Shown: in pieces, positions 44,608 to 47,975 of the stretch | Position numbering within the stretch: position 1 is the stretch's first letter | How the letters are laid out: each line of letters opens with the position of its first letter | Virus record (IMG/VR): IMGVR_UViG_3300025276_000050 | Location: 1-47,975 of that record | Reading direction: 5' to 3' (one strand) | Origin: a virus | Taxonomy: Duplodnaviria > Caudoviricetes | Length of the DNA: 47,975 bases | The notes under the pieces: model-generated | Told to the model about the DNA's origin: nothing | Seen by the model: only the letters and a program-made list of their open reading frames with translations | Database searches by the model: none | Translations under genes and position numbers: made by a program

Positions 44608-45960
44608 ATGGCAAAGATTACAAACCGCACAGGGCTAAATATAGGTACGGAACTTGTTTTAGATGAAGTAACTCGTAAGTATCGGTTTTTCCCAGCAGGT
44701 AACCTTAATGCAAAAGATGGTGTTAAGACGGTTGCGTTCTATTCAAAGCTAGTTGACCTTTGGTCTACTTCTGAATATCAAGACTCACCTTTTCCAATGA
44801 ACACGATTGACTCGGCTTCGGGACAGTTCCAAGTTGGTATAAATGCACAGGGTATTCCTAATGGTTGGGGGCCGTTTGACCAATTTAGTAGGGATGTGTT
44901 ACGTGACGGTGGTTGCGAAGAGTACGACGATGCAGGTAACTTAACAAGTGCATGGGCGGGTGTAGTAGGGCTAGGTAATATAAGCTCAGGTTCACAAGCT
45001 TATTATCAATTAGATCCAGCCGATGCTCCAACAGACTTTACGTTTGACGACATGCCTAATGCGATGGTACAGGTATATGGTGATGTTAATAACGGTAACT
45101 TTGACAAGCGTTCTTATTTTAAGACTTTTGTACGTGAGCAAGGTAAGTTGTACACCGACTCAGTTTTGGCTGATACAGGTAAGGCAGGTACAGGGCCGTT
45201 TCTAGTAAACTTTCTATTAACGAACAGTGATGATTCAAAAATCACTGACTTAGATTCGGAAATGACTAACGCACCTTATGATGGGATCAATGTAACTTAC
45301 TACGCCTCTAATCAACAAAGAGAAATAGGTGGGGTAGATTATGATTTCGATATTATTATAGACGGTAATAACGCTACCCTAGAGCAAATATATACTAAAG
45401 TTCAGTATCTATTAAGACAGGATGCAGATATTGACGAAGGCTCTGGTTCGGTAACAGGTAAGACAGCCGCTTTGCTTTGTGGTTTTACAGGTAACAACCT
45501 GAACACAACTAGAGGCGTATTTATAGATAGAATACTAGGCGCAGACAGTAACCGTATTTCGTTTGCAGATGTTACAGATGTCCCTAGAGAGAATCCTTTT
45601 GAAGCTGCTGGCGTACTAACTTTTAACCCTGTAATGGTTATCGGTGGGGATTCATCTAGACGTTTATTTTATACGATTGCAGGTGGATCGCTTGATGACT
45701 ATGGTGAAGAAAACGCTATAACTGTTAAGGATGTAGCGGGTAATGAAATTACGGGTAACATAGATAGCGGCTCTATTTCGTTTGATTTTGATTATGATAA
45801 CGACTCTGAAGGTGGCCCAGCAGGTACAGACAAAGAGGTAACTCTTATCGGTATTGCTCCAGGTAGTTCTAAGTTTGCCGTAGCCCAAGGCACACTAACT
45901 CGTTCTAAAGCGATTTCAATAGGCTTAGTTGCCGAGGTTGATAGGGCTTACGAAACATAG
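44608..45960 (+). CDS. Acidic beta-rich virion appendage protein (450 aa)
   Basis: AGGA RBS; Asp/Gly/Thr-rich; lies among fibre genes. Confidence 0.6.
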   Translation: MAKITNRTGLNIGTELVLDEVTRKYRFFPAGNLNAKDGVKTVAFYSKLVDLWSTSEYQDSPFPMNTIDSASGQFQVGINAQGIPNGWGPFDQFSRDVLRDGGCEEYDDAGNLTSAWAGVVGLGNISSGSQAYYQLDPADAPTDFTFDDMPNAMVQVYGDVNNGNFDKRSYFKTFVREQGKLYTDSVLADTGKAGTGPFLVNFLLTNSDDSKITDLDSEMTNAPYDGINVTYYASNQQREIGGVDYDFDIIIDGNNATLEQIYTKVQYLLRQDADIDEGSGSVTGKTAALLCGFTGNNLNTTRGVFIDRILGADSNRISFADVTDVPRENPFEAAGVLTFNPVMVIGGDSSRRLFYTIAGGSLDDYGEENAITVKDVAGNEITGNIDSGSISFDFDYDNDSEGGPAGTDKEVTLIGIAPGSSKFAVAQGTLTRSKAISIGLVAEVDRAYET

Positions 45961-45969
45961 GAGAACCTT

Positions 45970-46371
45970 ATGGCTATCGCCTTTGATCCATTGAATAAGG
46001 TAATAAAATTAGATACCTTTTTGGTGTCTGAAAAAGAGATATGGACAGCGTATGTAGACTGGTCAGCTCAAGGTGATAATCTTAAGTATGGGGTAGGTAT
46101 GACGCAACTAGGAGGTGAAGCTCCAGTTGCTTTATATATATTCCTAACCCTTGGTTGGAAAATACGACCTATGGAGCAAAATGGTACAACTGTTATAACA
46201 GGAAACATATCATCTTTAGACAAAAGTTCTCCAATAACTGCTACACTGGGTAATTGGCAGACGTTAGTAGAGATGGAAACACCAGTTAAAGCTGTGGCTA
46301 TCTCATCTAATACATCAGGTTTAACACCAGCCGAATCAGGGTTGTTAAATTTACTCCCTGCATTACTTTAA
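45970..46371 (+). CDS. Hypothetical virion-associated protein (133 aa)
   Basis: AGGAG RBS; contiguous with the previous two genes. Confidence 0.6.
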   Translation: MAIAFDPLNKVIKLDTFLVSEKEIWTAYVDWSAQGDNLKYGVGMTQLGGEAPVALYIFLTLGWKIRPMEQNGTTVITGNISSLDKSSPITATLGNWQTLVEMETPVKAVAISSNTSGLTPAESGLLNLLPALL

Positions 46372-46389
46372 TAACTTAAGGAGTCAATC

Positions 46390-47112
46390 TTGGCTAAGAT
46401 AAATATAGACAACATTAACGGCCAGTTTGCTTCACAGCAAGGGCTAAACAATAGGTTTGATCTAGTTGAAGACGCTTTAAATAACAAAGTGTTGTACAGA
46501 GATAATCCTACAGGCGATCCTAACCAGATGAACGAAGATCTGGATATGAATCTAAAAGACATTATAAATGCTAATATTGTATATGCTAGAGCTTTCTTAA
46601 CATTTGAAAGCGGTGGAACAGTTGCAGACGCTATTAACATTGCGTATAATGATTCCACCTCAAACCTTGGGGAAGATGAAGTACAGGGTGCTATAGAACG
46701 TCTTAAGGTTCTTTTGGATATTAACAGTGTAGGTATTGCAGGTAACGCAAGTAACATTGCAAACAATGTAAGCGACATAAACAGTAACATGGCAACTACT
46801 GTAAGCGCTCTAAACAGTAACCTACAAGGTATTAATAATAACTCTTCTGATATTGCAGATTTAGCTGAGATTGTTAATACGGCAGTTGAAAGAGAAGGTG
46901 ACAACACTGCTGCGGGTGTTACAGACTATGTAGCAATGGCAATACCTAACATATTGTGGGGAGCTTTTTATAGCGCTCTTGCAGGTACAGTAGGCAGTAA
47001 AACTATAGACTTAGGTTTTTTAGATGTACTAGGTTTTACAGTGGAAAGAGTAGGCGATAATAGATTAAGCTGGTCTGCGGGATCAGCAAACAATGACTTT
47101 GGAGTTTTATAA
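46390..47112 (+). CDS. Tail fibre-like protein with N-terminal anchor domain and coiled coil
   Basis: TTG after AAGGAG. N-terminus is paralogous to the 42308 protein; heptad-like NASNIANNVSDINSN segment. Confidence 0.75.
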   Translation: MAKINIDNINGQFASQQGLNNRFDLVEDALNNKVLYRDNPTGDPNQMNEDLDMNLKDIINANIVYARAFLTFESGGTVADAINIAYNDSTSNLGEDEVQGAIERLKVLLDINSVGIAGNASNIANNVSDINSNMATTVSALNSNLQGINNNSSDIADLAEIVNTAVEREGDNTAAGVTDYVAMAIPNILWGAFYSALAGTVGSKTIDLGFLDVLGFTVERVGDNRLSWSAGSANNDFGVL

Positions 47113-47114
47113 GA

Positions 47115-47975
47115 ATGGCTGATACAATACAGTTTAGACGCGGTACTACAGTACAGAATGCAGCACATATAGGCAGTGCAGGTGAGATTACTGTAGACAC
47201 TGATAAGCAAGCAGCTGTTGTACACAGTGGAGCGGGTGCAGGCACTCAAACCACAATGATTACAGAAGAACAAGCAAGTGATATAATCAGTGAACTAGCT
47301 GTTCCTGGAGATAACCTTTTGATTAACGGTGGCTTTGATATTTGGCAGCGAGGGGAGTCTGGCAGTATAGAAACGGGACTTGGTGAATACTATCAGTGCG
47401 ACAGAACATCATTTAAAGTGCTTTCAGGAGAAAAAGCTCGTAATTGGAAATCTAACAACGTACTCCCAGATGGTAACTCAGTCTCTGCATTAAGGTGGAC
47501 AGGTTACGATGCTCCAACTCAGTTAGATCAAAGGTTTAAGCAAGAATATTCTAGTTTTAAAGGTCTTTTTGGTAAGGAGCTTACTCTTTCTTTTTATTAT
47601 AGAACTAATGAAGATACGCCTACTGATTTAAGTTTGTTAATTAATGTAGTGCCTGACGGTACTACTGTTGATGGTGCGTTAGTGGCTGGAATTCTTACGC
47701 CTGTTGGTGTTGACGTAGTAAATAAGTACAGCTTTACTTTTACAATGCCAGCTCAACCCACTTTAGCGGAAACCGCCGATGGTTACGTTCTTTTAAGGTT
47801 TTTGAGCAACAGCAACATTGCTGCATCTAAAAGCGTGTTCATTAGCCAACTGAAACTTGAATTAGGCAGTGTAGCCACACCTTACCAAGCTAGACCAATA
47901 GGCGAAGAATTGGCTCTTTGTCAGAGGTATTATGAAACTGGCAGAGCATTTTTGCGTTTGTATAGTGATTCAGGC
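47115..47975 (+). CDS. Tail fibre / receptor-binding protein, N-terminal part (continues through the junction to 386)
   Basis: Hand translation is open to the window end. IQFRRGT...GEITVDTD...VVH.G resembles the Mtd N-terminal domain, followed by NLLINGGFDIWQRG (carbohydrate-binding-like start). Confidence 0.85.
   Translation, partial: MADTIQFRRGTTVQNAAHIGSAGEITVDTDKQAAVVHSGAGAGTQTTMITEEQASDIISELAVPGDNLLINGGFDIWQRGESGSIETGLGEYYQCDRTSFKVLSGEKARNWKSNNVLPDGNSVSALRWTGYDAPTQLDQRFKQEYSSFKGLFGKELTLSFYYRTNEDTPTDLSLLINVVPDGTTVDGALVAGILTPVGVDVVNKYSFTFTMPAQPTLAETADGYVLLRFLSNSNIAASKSVFISQLKLELGSVATPYQARPIGEELALCQRYYETGRAFLRLYSDSG
47788..47975 (+). repeat. Terminal overlap copy 2
   Basis: Matches 1-188 with 4 clustered mismatches. 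Confidence 0.95.

Noticed and set aside
47788-47975. 188-bp terminal repeat as the physical direct terminal repeat of the virion DNA
   Set aside because: It falls in the middle of a continuous fibre reading frame. It is better explained as circular-assembly overlap, with the real ends more likely near 42 kb.
47115-47975. Diversity-generating retroelement suggested by the Mtd-like N-terminus and variant repeat
   Set aside because: No reverse transcriptase is visible, there is no separate template repeat, and the mismatches are not adenine-specific.

Overview
The window looks like one complete, circularly permuted genome of a podovirus-type tailed phage. The unit length is 47,787 bp: bases 1-188 recur at 47788-47975 with 4 mismatches, inside a tail-fibre gene. 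It has two convergent arms. The + arm (about 42.3 kb through the window junction to 22.0 kb) holds fibres, terminase, portal, capsid, tail, ejection proteins and lysis genes. The - arm (about 41.4 kb down to 22.06 kb) holds small early genes, a glutamine-amidotransferase/amidoligase/ATP-grasp cluster, T7-gp4-like primase-helicase, an ECF-like sigma factor, family A DNA polymerase, exonuclease and a class II ribonucleotide reductase. I found no RNA polymerase, integrase or repressor. This layout best fits Zobellviridae-like phages (RIO-1/ICP2/CW02/PA11 type), probably of a gammaproteobacterial host (inference). The physical ends probably lie near 41.9-42.2 kb. The most notable observations are: a near-perfect LexA (SOS) box beside the outermost early promoter; a polymerase with Leu762 and a Gln steric gate; a three-copy phage promoter motif TGTTAGA-N15-TATTATT, one copy firing antisense into a repeat/hairpin region; a ParB + ADP-ribosyltransferase fusion behind the ejection genes; a mini-gene array joined by identical 21-bp junctions; and apparent absence of CCGG. 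All family calls come from motifs recognised by eye; no database or HMM search was run.
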